64,000 bases of DNA. It comes from Octopus vulgaris. Its lineage: Eukaryota. The translations under genes and the position numbers were made by a program. The stretch covers positions 89,280,001-89,344,000 of the forward strand of contig OX597819.1 in the NCBI GenBank assembly GCA_951406725.2, given 5' to 3'. Shown here one piece after another: positions 40,286 through 52,570 of the stretch (its first letter is position 1; each line of letters opens with the position of its first letter). Under the pieces are notes generated by a model that had not been told where the DNA came from, did no database searches, and saw only the letters and a list, made by a program, of their open reading frames with translations.

Positions 40286-40698
40286 TCTCGAAACAAATAC
40301 CTTCTAGCGACAGATGTGAATGTTTATGTTGCCTTTTGGTGTAGATATAACCATTTGTTTTGTGACTCAGAGATATTTTCTCTCTCATAGTTATTCACAG
40401 TGATATAGGAGCTCAATAGAAATGAAGAATTACACTGTGTAACACGATTTTTGTCTTTGGGTAAAAACTGTTATTTCCTATTTGCTTACCCCTACAATTG
40501 TTAATATTTCCTTTAAACTTTGCTTTTGTTTCATGTACTCAAATCCCAAAGAACCCCTCTCAACACATGGCTATGATGCCCCTCACCCACTATTCCTGCT
40601 CATGATCAAAGATGCGCATATTGTCAACCACTAAGGGACATGTTCAAGTGGTTAAAGTCAAGCAACTGATAAGCAAATCTGTGGTATTGAGCAGAATA

Positions 40699-40925
40699 CA
40701 GTAATCCCTCGCCATATCGCGGTTCACCTATCGCGGTTTATTATTTAAGCTTACGTCGATTATTCCGTGGTGTTGTTTTGCATTTATAATAAAATAAATA
40801 TATACAAATTATAAAAATAAAAAAATATATACAGTACAGTACTGTTTCTACTTCGCGGATTTTCACCTATCGCAGGGGTAGGGGTGGGGTGGAACGTAAC
40901 ACCCACGATAGTCGAGGGATTATTG
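40699..40925. mobile_element. pogo/Tigger-type MITE
   Basis: TA|CAGTAATCCCTCG...CGAGGGATTATTG with repeated subterminal TATCGCGG motifs. Confidence 0.75.
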
Positions 40926-43268
40926 TCTATGCTATAACGGCATTTCTGCTTCAGCAACTCAGTGTCTGAATGTAATGGAAAATACGTCAGTTTCAAAACA
41001 TTGATGTCCAGAACATAAAAGCAAAGTGTGAAGGGAATAGAAGTCATTTCGTTTGATTACTAGATAGAAGCAAATAGGAAATAACACTGATAAAAAAATT
41101 TTTAAATGTTACACAATGTTATCTAAAACAAGGATTTGTGCACTGCAGAACCACTCCTAACAGGAAATGGGCAATACGAGAGAACAAATCAGACAATTTA
41201 GTCAGTACTATTAGCCCTAAAGACACGCAAACTTCCAGAAATTTGTTAGGAAGATGTTCTGATCATTACTGCCTCTTTGTTTTCTTTTTTTTTTGTCTTT
41301 TAAGACGCCAACTTTCAATGCTCCTCTGCTTTTTTGGTAAATTTCTCTTGGCCTTTCCCTTCTGTTAAAATTTTTTTTTAGCATTATCTATTAATAGATC
41401 ACATCAAAAGCAATCTCTTAGCAGAGTAAGCTAAACTATTTTAATGTACTGACAAGTTTGCTTTTTGTTCGAAAAAAAAAAAATCGATTGAGCAGAAGAT
41501 ACTATTGTCACGATATCCGACATTTCCAGGGAAACAGTTGAGTTGACGGAGTTGAGCTTTTATGATAAAGCAACAAATCATTTTTTGAGATCTTTTCACT
41601 GATGAAGCACCTTCCCGTAACCACGCCGCTAATTGTCCATTTTTCACCGTAGAACTATTACCAACAACTCTTTTTCATTTATCATTACTGGCAATAAGGC
41701 GGCAGGCTGGCAGAATCGCTAGCACTTCGAGCAAAATGTTTAGCGACATTTCGTCTGTCTGCACGTTCTGAGTTCAAATTCTGCCGAGGTCGATTTTGTC
41801 TTTCATCCTTTCGAGGTCGATAAAATTAGTACCAGTAAAGCACTGGGGTCACTGTGACCGACTTAGCTCCTCCTACGAATCTATTGGCCTTGTGCCAAAA
41901 TTTGAAGCTGTTATTATAAACAACTGTAGGAGTTATGTTATGCAATTTAAAATATTCAATACAAGTGGGCTAATGAACCAGTAAATGTTAATCAGCTGTA
42001 ATAAAGGCATGAATGATTATCAGTTTATACGTATTCCTACCCATGAGTAATGTCAGAGAATAAACATTAGAAAAATCCAAAGCTAAATTTGTTTGCTCCT
42101 TACAGAGAGTGAAAAGTAATTTAATCAGTGTTTTGGCCTTTAAAAATAAACCGTTTTTTTTTTTCAGAACCTTATCAGTAGGAAGATTCGAATATGCACG
42201 TGGGTGTTATTTCACTCGAGCGCGATTTGGGTATCCCCAACTATTTGTATAGAAAAAGCATGAGCAATCTTTTTTGTGAAGCTGGCCACATGAGACATGG
42301 CTCATCAAACGAAAGGTCATTTTTCGCTCGGCTTGTCATTCAGAAAGTTTTGTGAGCCGCAGTTTGCTCACCACTGGTTTAGTGTAGTCTCTGTTGGCTC
42401 GTTGGAAATGTGTCTATTTTAATATTTGTTTAACTGAACGAGTTAATACAGCCAGAATCCTGTGTATTTGATACAAATTGATCTTGCTATAAATCACAGG
42501 TGTATATTTGGTTGTTGTTTTCTCGGCTGAACAATAGCTTGCACCTTCCAGTTAAAAACGCAAGAAAATGTTTTAACGAGGGAGTCTCAACGTGGTCGCT
42601 CAACACCCTATAAATAGCAACTAAATTTCCCTCAAATCACACGTGCATTTATTTTTAAATACAAACGTTTACTTTACATAGACATGGCATCGAACCATGT
42701 TAGGGGAAATAAAATGTTTTTCGATTCAAAATTCACTTAAACAGGATACAAACTGAAAATATAATCAATTGCAGAGAAACTGGTCGTGCAATAATACTGA
42801 GCACGTAGAGACTTTGTAGATACTATTTAATTAATTTAATAATTCATTTTATCATGATTTTAGAGAACTTTTTTTTTTGTCAAAAATATTTATGTACCGT
42901 ATTTGACGGTTTGCTTATGAGGCGGACGAACTTATGTAACAAATTTGGCAAGCCTTTGAAAGTAATCCGATTTCACTTGATATTCGAAGCCTTTCTCTGT
43001 CCAAAGCATCTTCATAAGTTTGTCCTGAACGCCCATGCTTGTTTTCAGACTTTTAATTTACCCTTGTTTCAAACATTTTGAGTAATTTAAAGCTTTCGTA
43101 AGTCCCAAGTTACACTGGTGGTTGGAAACAATTGGGAATGTGTATGATATATAGACGCACGGATTTCGGTGAAATATGTCGTATACAGATCATAATGAAA
43201 TCTCACTATTCCCCAACTAAAAACTCAACACTTGCCTTTCTATATTTGTAATTAGGCGATGTTTCGCA

Positions 43269-43985
43269 TGTCGTAGCACAAGTTTTCCGTCGATTTCCGT
43301 AAAAAACTTTTATTTTTTTACATAAGTAATGAGAGCGAAAGCGACTAAGAGAAAGCGATTTTATGACGAGGAAGTTTCTCTTTGAAGTTACCGTCTAGGG
43401 GAAGCATCGATGTACATGTGTGTGTGTGTGTTTGATGGGGTGTGGGAGACAGACAGTATGTTGTGTAAGTGAAGTGCTTCTGTTAGTGTGTGTGAAGAGA
43501 CAGAGAGAGTAATGTGTGAAAGAGAGAGATAACTGATTTTTACTCGGTGTGTGTGTATATGTATGTATGTATGTGTGTATGTGTGTGTGTATGTATGTAT
43601 GGCCGATTCATCGTAATTACAATGAATCGGCCATACATACATACACACACACACACATACATAAATACATACACACACACACATACATACATACATATAC
43701 ACACACACCGAGTAAAAAATCAGTTATCTCTCTCTTTCACACATTACTCTCTCTGTCTCTTCACACACTAACAGAAGCACTTCACTTACACAACATACTG
43801 TCTGTCTCCCACACCCCATCAAACACACACACACACATGTACATCGATGCTTTCCCTAGACGGTAACTTCAAAGAGAAACTTCCTCGTCATAAAATCGCT
43901 TTCTCTTAGTCTCTTTCGCTCTCATTACTTATGTAAAAAAATAAAAGTTTTTTACGGAAATCGACGGAAAACTTGTGCTACGACA
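43269..43985. repeat. Giant spacerless palindrome, ~350-bp arms, centre 43616/43617
   Basis: tgtcgtagcacaagttttccgtcg..ggccgattcatcgtaa|ttacaatgaatcggcc..cgacggaaaacttgtgctacgaca. Mirror ORFs 43388-43708(-) and 43549-43866(+) encode nearly the same peptide. Confidence 0.97.
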
Positions 43986-44508
43986 ACCGAAACTTTGCCT
44001 GTAATTAAAATAAACCTACTAGGTTTTTCAATTAAATATTTAAAAATCATAAATTTATTCTGGTTTCATGCAACTTTAAATTTTTATTTATTAATATTTA
44101 AAGTGATGTTTCACACACAATACAGCTTTTAACATAAAATCTATGATGGATTTTTGTCTTAAAACAGCTCTAATTGCAGGTAATATCTGAAATATAAAAT
44201 TATTTGGGGGATCTTTCGCATTGGCTCGCATACTTGTCGTTATTGTTCGTTAATTTTCGGAATTATAATTTATTTATTTACTTTTCGCACACCGTGTTCA
44301 GCTCTATGTATTTGTAGTTAGTCACACACACTCGTGTGTTTTTGTATGAACGTTTGTATACATTCATGTATGTGTGTGTGCGTGTATTATATATATATGA
44401 TTGAAAAAAGATTAGAGATCAATACAAATCAAATTTTTATATATAAAAGATGGAGATAAAACAGCACAAAAATAAATTTAAGACATCTTAATTTAGGAAG
44501 AAATTAAT

Positions 44509-44513
<5 letters not shown>

Positions 44514-44575
<62 letters not shown>

Positions 44576-44630
44576 TATACATATATATATATACATATAT
44601 ATATATACATATATATATACATATATATAC

Positions 44631-44679
<49 letters not shown>

Positions 44680-44850
44680 CATATATATATATACATATAT
44701 ATACATATATATATATATACATATATATACATATATATATATATACATATATATACATATATATATATACATATATATACATATATATATACATATATAT
44801 ACATATATATATATACATATATATACATATATATATACATATATATACAT
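44514..44850. repeat. (TA)n/(TATATACA)n array; second array at 45485-45750
   Basis: Simple repeat. Confidence 0.95.
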
Positions 44851-45484
44851 AAGTGATTAAGGGTTTAGCAACGAATTGCCTCACCAACACACCGAATTTA
44901 GAAATAGCAGTCAAAGAGATATAGCTATTCCTTCTACTAAAAGGGGGATCTCAGTAAAAACACAGCACTTGAAAGGCAAACACAGACAGGTAAGAAAGAA
45001 AGAATGAAATGACGGCAATCCATCATGCAATTTTAAGTTACCTACGGACGTACGTTTCGAGATCAAGTTTTAGGATAGCATAAGAATTAGAAAATTCTAC
45101 TTTACCCAAACTTCTTCTCTCATCGGCGCAGGATACTACAATTGTGAATAATTGTATATTAAATTTTGAGATACTAGAATGCATCATCTCAACTCAGTGT
45201 CAGAGCGAGCCAAAGCATGACCAGTACCACGAAATTCAAAGTTTGAATGAAAGTTTGTGTCACCAGCCCCCTTCCACCCGCGTGTAGCCAAGACAAAATG
45301 CTGCGGTCATTTACTGGGATAAAATATATATTATCAGTAATAATAAAGGGTAAATTAATAATAGGGATAATTATCAATACACCAAGTAGATTTCGGCATG
45401 TAAAAGCCCCATTCGAGGAAAATTTAAGTAATACTAAGTGATTAAGGGTATAGCAACAATATCACCAACACACCGATTTAGAAA
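44851..45484 (-). mobile_element. Penelope-like terminal repeat unit between (TA)n arrays, with ~50-bp terminal direct repeat and hammerhead-like core
   Basis: aagtgattaagggt..caccaacacaccga.tttagaaata occurs at 44851 and 45437. Minus strand has CCGATGA-gaga..tctc-GAAACG at 45126-45053. Confidence 0.55.
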
Positions 45485-45492
45485 TATACATA

Positions 45493-45524
<32 letters not shown>

Positions 45525-45680
45525 CATATATATACATATATATATATACATATATATATATACATATATATATATACATATATATACATATATATACATA
45601 TATATATATATATACATATATATACATATATATACATATATATATATACATATATATACATATATATATATATATACACA

Positions 45681-45750
<70 letters not shown>

Positions 45751-46720
45751 ATATAAAATACTACCAGTTTCGATGATGAATTTCATCTTATCAAATATTA
45801 ATAAAAATTTGGAATTTGAAGTAAAAACAATTTGTATTTATCTTCTGTTTGGTGGTTAGAACATGTCCGGAGTTTTCCCGTAAAGTCTTCTTCGAATATT
45901 GTTTGTTGAAAATTTGGTATAGAGCTCAAGGTGTTAGAGAGAAAGAAAGGGTGTGTTTAGTTGTCTATTGTGTAAAAAGATCTTTGGGTTCCGGCATTTA
46001 TTGAATGGGTTTTGTGCTTGCGTGTGTATGTGTATTGTGTCGAATGTCCTTTCAATATGTTTGGAATGTGACTAGCTGTGTGTTAATGGCCGTGTGTGTT
46101 GTGATAAATGGCTTGTTAAGAATTCTATTAAGGAATTAAGGTTTTCCTTCTTTTTGGTGTGTGTGGTGTTGAATTGCAATGTTTTCTTTTAAGTGTCTCC
46201 AGCTGTGTGTGTGTTTGCAGACACGTATATATACATATATATATATATATGGAAAAGAGATTTAAGAAGTGATGGAAAGTATTTTCCAAATCAATAGTAT
46301 GTATAATTTTTTTAAAGTGTCTGTTCTTATTTATTGATTGGTAGTGGTTAGTTTTATATTCAATTGTGGCTTATATTTGTTAATAAATTGCCTTTCTTTA
46401 TTTAGTCTTTGTTGTTGGTTGAAAAGATCTGAGCACTTGTAGAGGGGAAAGATTTTGAAATTGGGTAAGTCCATTCTTGCATAGGTTGCAATGTGACTGC
46501 TTACAGGAATTTTCCTCGTGTTTTTGTCTAGGATCTGTTGGCGATGAGTTGTCATTCTGCTGCGGAACGATCGGTCCGTCTGGCCTATGTAATTATGTTG
46601 GCAACCATTGCGTGTGATAAGTAGATCAGGTTTTTTTGTGTTGCAGGTGAGATTGGATTTAACTTTGAAGGTTTCGCCGTCTTTGAATTTGTAGCGTACA
46701 CTCAAGTGAAATTCCTTTCC
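45751..46720 (-). mobile_element. Penelope-like element 3' fragment (GIY-YIG endonuclease)
   Basis: ORF 46331-46705 reads FKVKSNLTCNTK..LITRNGCQHNYIGQTDRSFRSRMTTHRQQI..PVSSHI..RLNKERQFINKYKPQLN. A degenerate hammerhead-like core lies at ~45765-45795. Confidence 0.85.
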
Positions 46721-46739
46721 CCTTTATTATATATACGTA

Positions 46740-47780
46740 CATACGAACGCAGCAGATAACAGCTAACCTTTGACCGCTATTTGGACCCTGTTGTGTACAC
46801 TACTCTGGTTGGTATTGGCGCAATTTGCCTCTTACTCTGTCGCGCTAATATGCAGCGTATAACCAATCGAAGTCTCAAAATAAGATCACGTGAGACAGCC
46901 TTTTCACAATCCCGTTTGAGCCTATTGTACCTTATAAAAACTCACCTTCTTCTTACCTCGAAGTTTTGGGTTCCAGACTTTCGAAGGTCTAGCCACCCTC
47001 CACACAAGACAGCCAGTTACAGCGACAACACCCGTTCCATCAGCAACACACCCATGTTTCAACACAGCACTGTTCGTGAATTACTTTATCATGGTTTAAC
47101 AGCAAATATACAATCTGCGAGCCAGACGACAACACCCGTCCAACAGCATTACAGTAATCTCTTTCTTCGTCACCGCCATCATCATCTCTCTACGAACACT
47201 GCTCAAGCAACACTGCACAGATCCCACTGTTCGTGAATTACTTCACCATGGTTAACAACGAATATACAACCTGCGAGAACTCCTGTACAAGTGACTGAGG
47301 TAGCAGCATTACAGCTCCAACTTCGTACGACACACACCGCACCGGCTCTACACCATCACCGCAACTTTTTGATACAGTATTTCAGCTACCACGTACAATT
47401 GACTACAAACTGGTATCTCTCGTTCTTGTGTCTATGAACATTCGTCTAACTTCTCATTATATACTCTTCCACTGTCTTCTTCATTGCTATTCTTAAATGT
47501 AGCACACGCATACATCCATGGCTATACACACATACAATTTGTTCTCATGACGGCCTGTCTATTATTCTGTATAAATAACGCACACACAGACACACATGTT
47601 AACATATCAATAAATCATCTCTCAAACATTCTACTCAGTTACGTCTCTAACTTTTTCCTCACTGGCGCATTATATGTATTATTTCAGCCTTCTGAACAGA
47701 GTTGTTATTAGATGGTATGTACCACGCTTCCATGGCCATCTAAAAATTTAAATTCTAGTCCCTCAATTAGGTAACGGCAA
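46740..47780 (+). other. LTR-like or promoter-bearing segment with internal ~52-bp direct repeat
   Basis: CCAAT (~46863), CACGTG (~46887) and TATAAAA (~46933) in promoter order. cactgttcgtgaattactt..ctgcgag is repeated at ~47068 and ~47225. Confidence 0.35.
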
Positions 47781-47941
47781 GTGCTGCAGTTTGTTCTGCA
47801 TTTTGTGACAGCTGGGTTATGGGTTTCTTCGTGTATTTTTGCTCCGATGAGAATGAGTTTTAATGGTTTGGGCTGTCATGTTTTTTTTTATGTACGTTTG
47901 TATGCGAAAAATCGCCGTTATCTAAATATCATCGAGGTGAC

Positions 47942-48945
47942 AAGGCAGCGAGCTGGCAGAATCGTTAACACTCCGGACAAAATGCTTAACAGCATTTCGT
48001 CAGTCTTTAGTTCTGAGTTCAAATTCTGCTAAGGTGAACTTTCCTTTCATCCTTTCGGGGGCGATAAAATAAATAACAGTTGAACACTTAAGTCGATGTA
48101 ATCGACTTGGCTCCGCCACCGAAATTGTTGGCCCTGTGCCAGAATTTGAAATCAATGCGAAGGCGGCGAGCTGTCAGAACCGTTAGCATGTCGTGCAAGA
48201 TGCTTAGCGGCATTTCGCCTGTCCTTATGTTCTGAGTACAAACTCCGCCGAGGTTGACTTTGCCTTTCTTCCTTTCGAGGTTAATAAAATAAGTTCTAGT
48301 TGAGCACTTGGGTTAATGTTATCGATTTAGCGCCGCCCCACAAAATTACTGGCCTTGTGCCAAAATTTGAAACCAGTATTTATTTCTTTATTGCCCACAA
48401 GGGGCTAAACATAGAGGGGACAAACAAGGACAAAGGGATTAAATTGATTACATCAACTCCAGTGCGCAACTGGTACTTAATTTATCGACCCCGAAAGGAT
48501 GGAAGACAAAGTCGACTTCGGCGGAATTTAATTTGAAACCAATATTCTTTTCTACTCTAGGCACAAGCCTGAAATTTTGGGGGAGGGAGCCAGTCGATTA
48601 GATCAACCCCAATGCACAACTGGTACTTAATTTATCGACCCCGAAAGGATGAAAGGCAACGTCGACCTCGGCGGAATTTAATTTGAAACCAATATTAAGG
48701 CAGCAAAGGTGGCAAACTGGCAGAATCGTTAGCACACCGGTCAAAATCCTTAGCGGCATTTCGTCCGTCTTTACGTTCTGACTTCAAGATCAACTTCGCC
48801 TTTCATCCTTTCGAAGTCAATGAAATAAGCATTAGTCAAGCACTGGGGTCGATGTAATCGACTTACCACATTCCCTAAAATTTCAGGTCTTGTGACTTAA
48901 GTAGAAAGAAATATTAAGGCGGTGAGCAGGCAGAATTGTTAGAAC
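47942..48945. mobile_element. Cluster of about six family C SINE copies in both orientations
   Basis: Plus-strand heads at ~47943, 48161, 48708 and 48917; minus-strand bodies at ~48380-48530 and ~48550-48680. Confidence 0.85.
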
Positions 48946-50219
48946 TGATATCATTCATTGAATGAATTTATTCTTCATGGAACAGAATTTGTTTCAAATA
49001 AAAGAAATAATAATAAACATTTGAATTGGAACAATTAATTAATCGATTTGATTCTGAGGATGACCAATTAGATTAGGCTTCTGAAAATCAAAAAATTTTT
49101 AAAGTGAAATATTTCAAGTTGAAACACCAGTCTCTTTCTGAAAAAAAATCACTGCTTTCACTATTTTCGGCCAACATTATTTACACTTTCGAAGCTAAAC
49201 ATCAAAGTTCACTGCATGTTATTACTTGCAACATATCAGCCATTGTGTAGACATGTGAGTACATTATACTAGAGTAATACTAATCAGAAAATTTTAAACG
49301 TGAATGACTGACTGTTCCACCAACAAGAGAATGTTTGAATATCTGTCAATTAAACAAATATTGTACTGTGAGTTAAGCCATTCTGCGAAGGAAGCTTGTC
49401 TTACCTGCGTCCAACAACAATAGATCGTTCGTTTCTTTCAATTAAACAAACATTGCACAGTAAATTTAATTTTTATGTACGTATCTCTTACCTCAACGAT
49501 CACCGGTTTCAAACTAATGAAATGTTGAGGACCAGTGCAGGACATAAATGTTGTTACACAAAACGACCACTAGTTTGTTTACATGTACGGACGAGTGTTG
49601 TCACTTAATTTTCCTTCTGACTGGTATTATTTTATATGATGTGAGTACTATCGATATGCATTGTTACCTTAGAAAACATCTACTAATAAGTCTGGGAATC
49701 AGTTTTGTTAGAGAGGCTTTTTGCAGTTTATTCTACGAAATTTCAGTTTGTGAATCATCACTTGCCACTCACCGAAACCCTGACCTTATGTTTATATGAT
49801 GTAGGCTGATTTTCATGGACATTTTTTGATAGGCGTGGCTGTGTGCTAAGAAATTTGCTTCCCAATCACATGGTTCCGGGTTCAGTCCCACTGAGTGGCA
49901 CCTTGGATAAGTGTCTTCTACATCGACCAAAGCCTTGTGAGTGGATTTGGTAGACAGAAACTGAAAGATGCTCATCGTATATCTATGTGTGTTTGTCCCA
50001 ACCACCATTTAACAATTAGTGTTGGTGTGTTTACATCCCCCTAACTTAGTTATTCAGCAAGAGACCAACAGAATAAGTAACAGGCTTAAAGAAAAAAAAA
50101 AAGTCCTGGGCTTGATTTGTTCTACTTAGACTCTTCAAAGCAGTGACCAAGCATGGTTGCAGTTAAATGATTGAAAAAAGTAAAAATAAATAAATAAATA
50201 ACTGCTCTTTGTAAGCCAT

Positions 50220-50440
50220 CAGATAGTGTATTCTGTAACCGATAAACAGCACTTGAAAACAATCATGAATTGGATATCATCTGTTGGTCGGCATGAAAGG
50301 GCAGGCTGAAGATCACTCAGCAGCAGACATTTCAATATGAGTTGAAGACAGTCAACATTATATGGGATTGATGTGCAAGAGTAGCAGCTGACTGATACTG
50401 GTGGAAGTAGCCATCCAATATATTGAATAGTGCAGAAGAA
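50220..50440 (+). mobile_element. Old RTE-like ORF C-terminal remnant
   Basis: Reads KGRLKITQQQTFQYELKTVNIIWD*CARVAAD*YWWK, resembling RGRPxxTW..AxDRxxW. Confidence 0.4.
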
Positions 50441-50606
50441 ACTAAATGTGTGTAATCCACACACACATGCACACAAACAAATAAAAAGGAATGCAGTGTG
50501 AGTAATGGACAGTCAAAACTATTGAAAAGAAATTAGTGGAAATTTTACCAGTTAATGTGTTAAATTATAAGGCACCAAAAGAGAATGCCTCTACCCAGAC
50601 ACAACA

Positions 50607-50645
<39 letters not shown>

Positions 50646-50779
50646 CACACACACACACAATAGACTTTTATTTTAAGAACATTGCCACTATTAAAGTTTG
50701 AAACAGACTATGTTGAAACCCTAATATTTTCTCAGTTCACTGAACCCACTTCTAAGCTATACAGTTTTTGCATTGAGCA

Positions 50780-51350
50780 CTGTATTGATACAACCTTACT
50801 CTCTTTCAGCAGTTTAATCTACTGCATCCTCTGCTCTCTCTCTCTGTCACTCCTTGTACATTGGTCAAACTGGTCAGAGCTTAGCAGACCAGTTTGTTGA
50901 ACATCTCCAGGATGTCAGACTTGGCAATGATACCCCAATCTCATACCATTTCTGCACATGCACATTATCTTCATACTCATGCATGTGCTTCCCCCCCACA
51001 CACACATGCTCTCCCACCTACACACATACTTATCCTCATACACATGCTTGCAGACACACACACGCTCTTTAGTCAGGTCACGATTGTCTCCGTTGCTACC
51101 CCTGTCTTCAACCACTTCCTTCTGATCAATTCAGCATGTGCAACCATTAATCAAGACATGCCCTTTTCTCTCTGTTTCTCCATCTTTCCATCTGATTTCT
51201 TTCCTAATTCCTTGCTATCGAAGAACATAGGCTCAAAATGTCAATGACTTCTTCCATTTTTCCTGAGTGTCAAACTAATCCACCCTGTTTGTTATTCCCT
51301 CACCTGTCTCTATCTTTTTTACTCTGTTTTTTTTTTGTATAATTTTGAAC
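50780..51350 (+). mobile_element. Penelope-like GIY-YIG remnant followed by terminal-repeat sequence
   Basis: SSLIYCILCS, then YIGQTGQSLADQFVEHLQDVR..PISYHF; tail homologous to 8440-8580. Confidence 0.75.
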
Positions 51351-52337
51351 TGGATGGGTTGTCTGAGTGCATGTACAACAGAGTGTAAATGATTTAAGAG
51401 GAAAATTTAGTATAAGAGGCATCAGATGCGTGCAAGGAAGAAGACTGCACTGATAAAGTCATGTGATGTTTATGGATGGGGGACAGCTGCATAAAGAAGT
51501 AATGACCTCTAATTGTGGAAGATGTGGGACAAAGTGGTGAGAAAGGATCTTTTAGATATGGGGCCTCACTGAGGAGATGGCAAGGAACTGAAACATCTGC
51601 CAGTTTGCTGTGCTTGAAAAGACACATCAAGCTAAGTAAAATTGTAACCATCCACACATATAGGCATGTCCTTTACAGCTATGACCCTGCTCCCTCTCTC
51701 AGCTGAGAGGTGCTGGTTCCACATAAACATTTTACTGTGCCAGTGCCATGTAAAATGTGCTGGTGTCATGTATAAAGCACCAATGCAGGTGTCACAAAAA
51801 AAGCACCCAGTACACTCTCTAACTCTGTAAAGTGGTTGGTGTTACGAAGGGCATCCAGCCATAGAAACCATGCCAAAACAAACTACTGGAACCTGGTGCA
51901 GCTCTCTGGCTGGTGAGCTCCTATCAAACCATTCAACCTATGCTAGTATGGAAAATGGATGTTAAATAATGATGATGATGATTCATATTTATATATATAT
52001 ATATATATATATTAATAAAAGTCAGAAGAATGGAGATTTTCCATATCTATACTTTCATTATACATTTTTCAGCATTCTTCCTTTATCAGATGAGCATAAT
52101 AACCAGAGTCTAGTAACTTATTACTAACTCAGGTATCACCAACATTTGCTGTGGCTAGCCGGCATTGAAACCAATTTTAGAGGAAATAAGGTAACCACCA
52201 GTATTAAAAATCCCTTTGAAACCATTTTTGGAAATATTACATTTTGGAAATATTACATACGTATGTATGTATACACATATATTTATCATTTGTAAATGTT
52301 TTATTCCCTTGCATTGTAAAGGTTGAGATATTTCAAT

Positions 52338-52570
52338 TTAGGCGGTGAGCTGGCAGAAACGTTTGCACGCCAGGCGAAATGCGTAGCCGTATTTCGTCTG
52401 CCGTTATGTTCTGAGTTCAAATTCCGCCGAGGTCGACTTTGCCTTTCATCCTTTTGGGGTCGATAAATTAAGTACCAGTTATGCACTGGGGTTGATATAA
52501 TCAACTTAATCCATCTGTCTGTCTTTGTTTGTCTCCTCTATGTTTAGCCCCTTGCGAGTAGTAAAGAAAT
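52338..52570 (+). mobile_element. Full-length family C SINE with 15-18-bp TSD
   Basis: aggttgagatatttcaat at 52320-52337 and 52571-52588. Other copies at 54912-55140(+), 56910-57035(-), 59960-60165(-) and 41697-41910(+). Confidence 0.9.

Larger units (their letters stand above)
39088..42377 (-). mobile_element. Highly degenerate hAT (Charlie/GTF2IRD2-like) remnant(s) carrying later insertions
   Basis: Ends ctgaggtggggaacc and gagccgcagtttgctcaccactg resemble hAT termini. Minus-strand traces include KWTISGVVT/EGASS (GVTTDGAPS-like), LEMSDIVTIV and FSATY. Confidence 0.35.

Noticed and set aside
39838-40344. 168-aa ORF
   Set aside because: Reads through an antisense SINE bounded by a 17-bp TSD.
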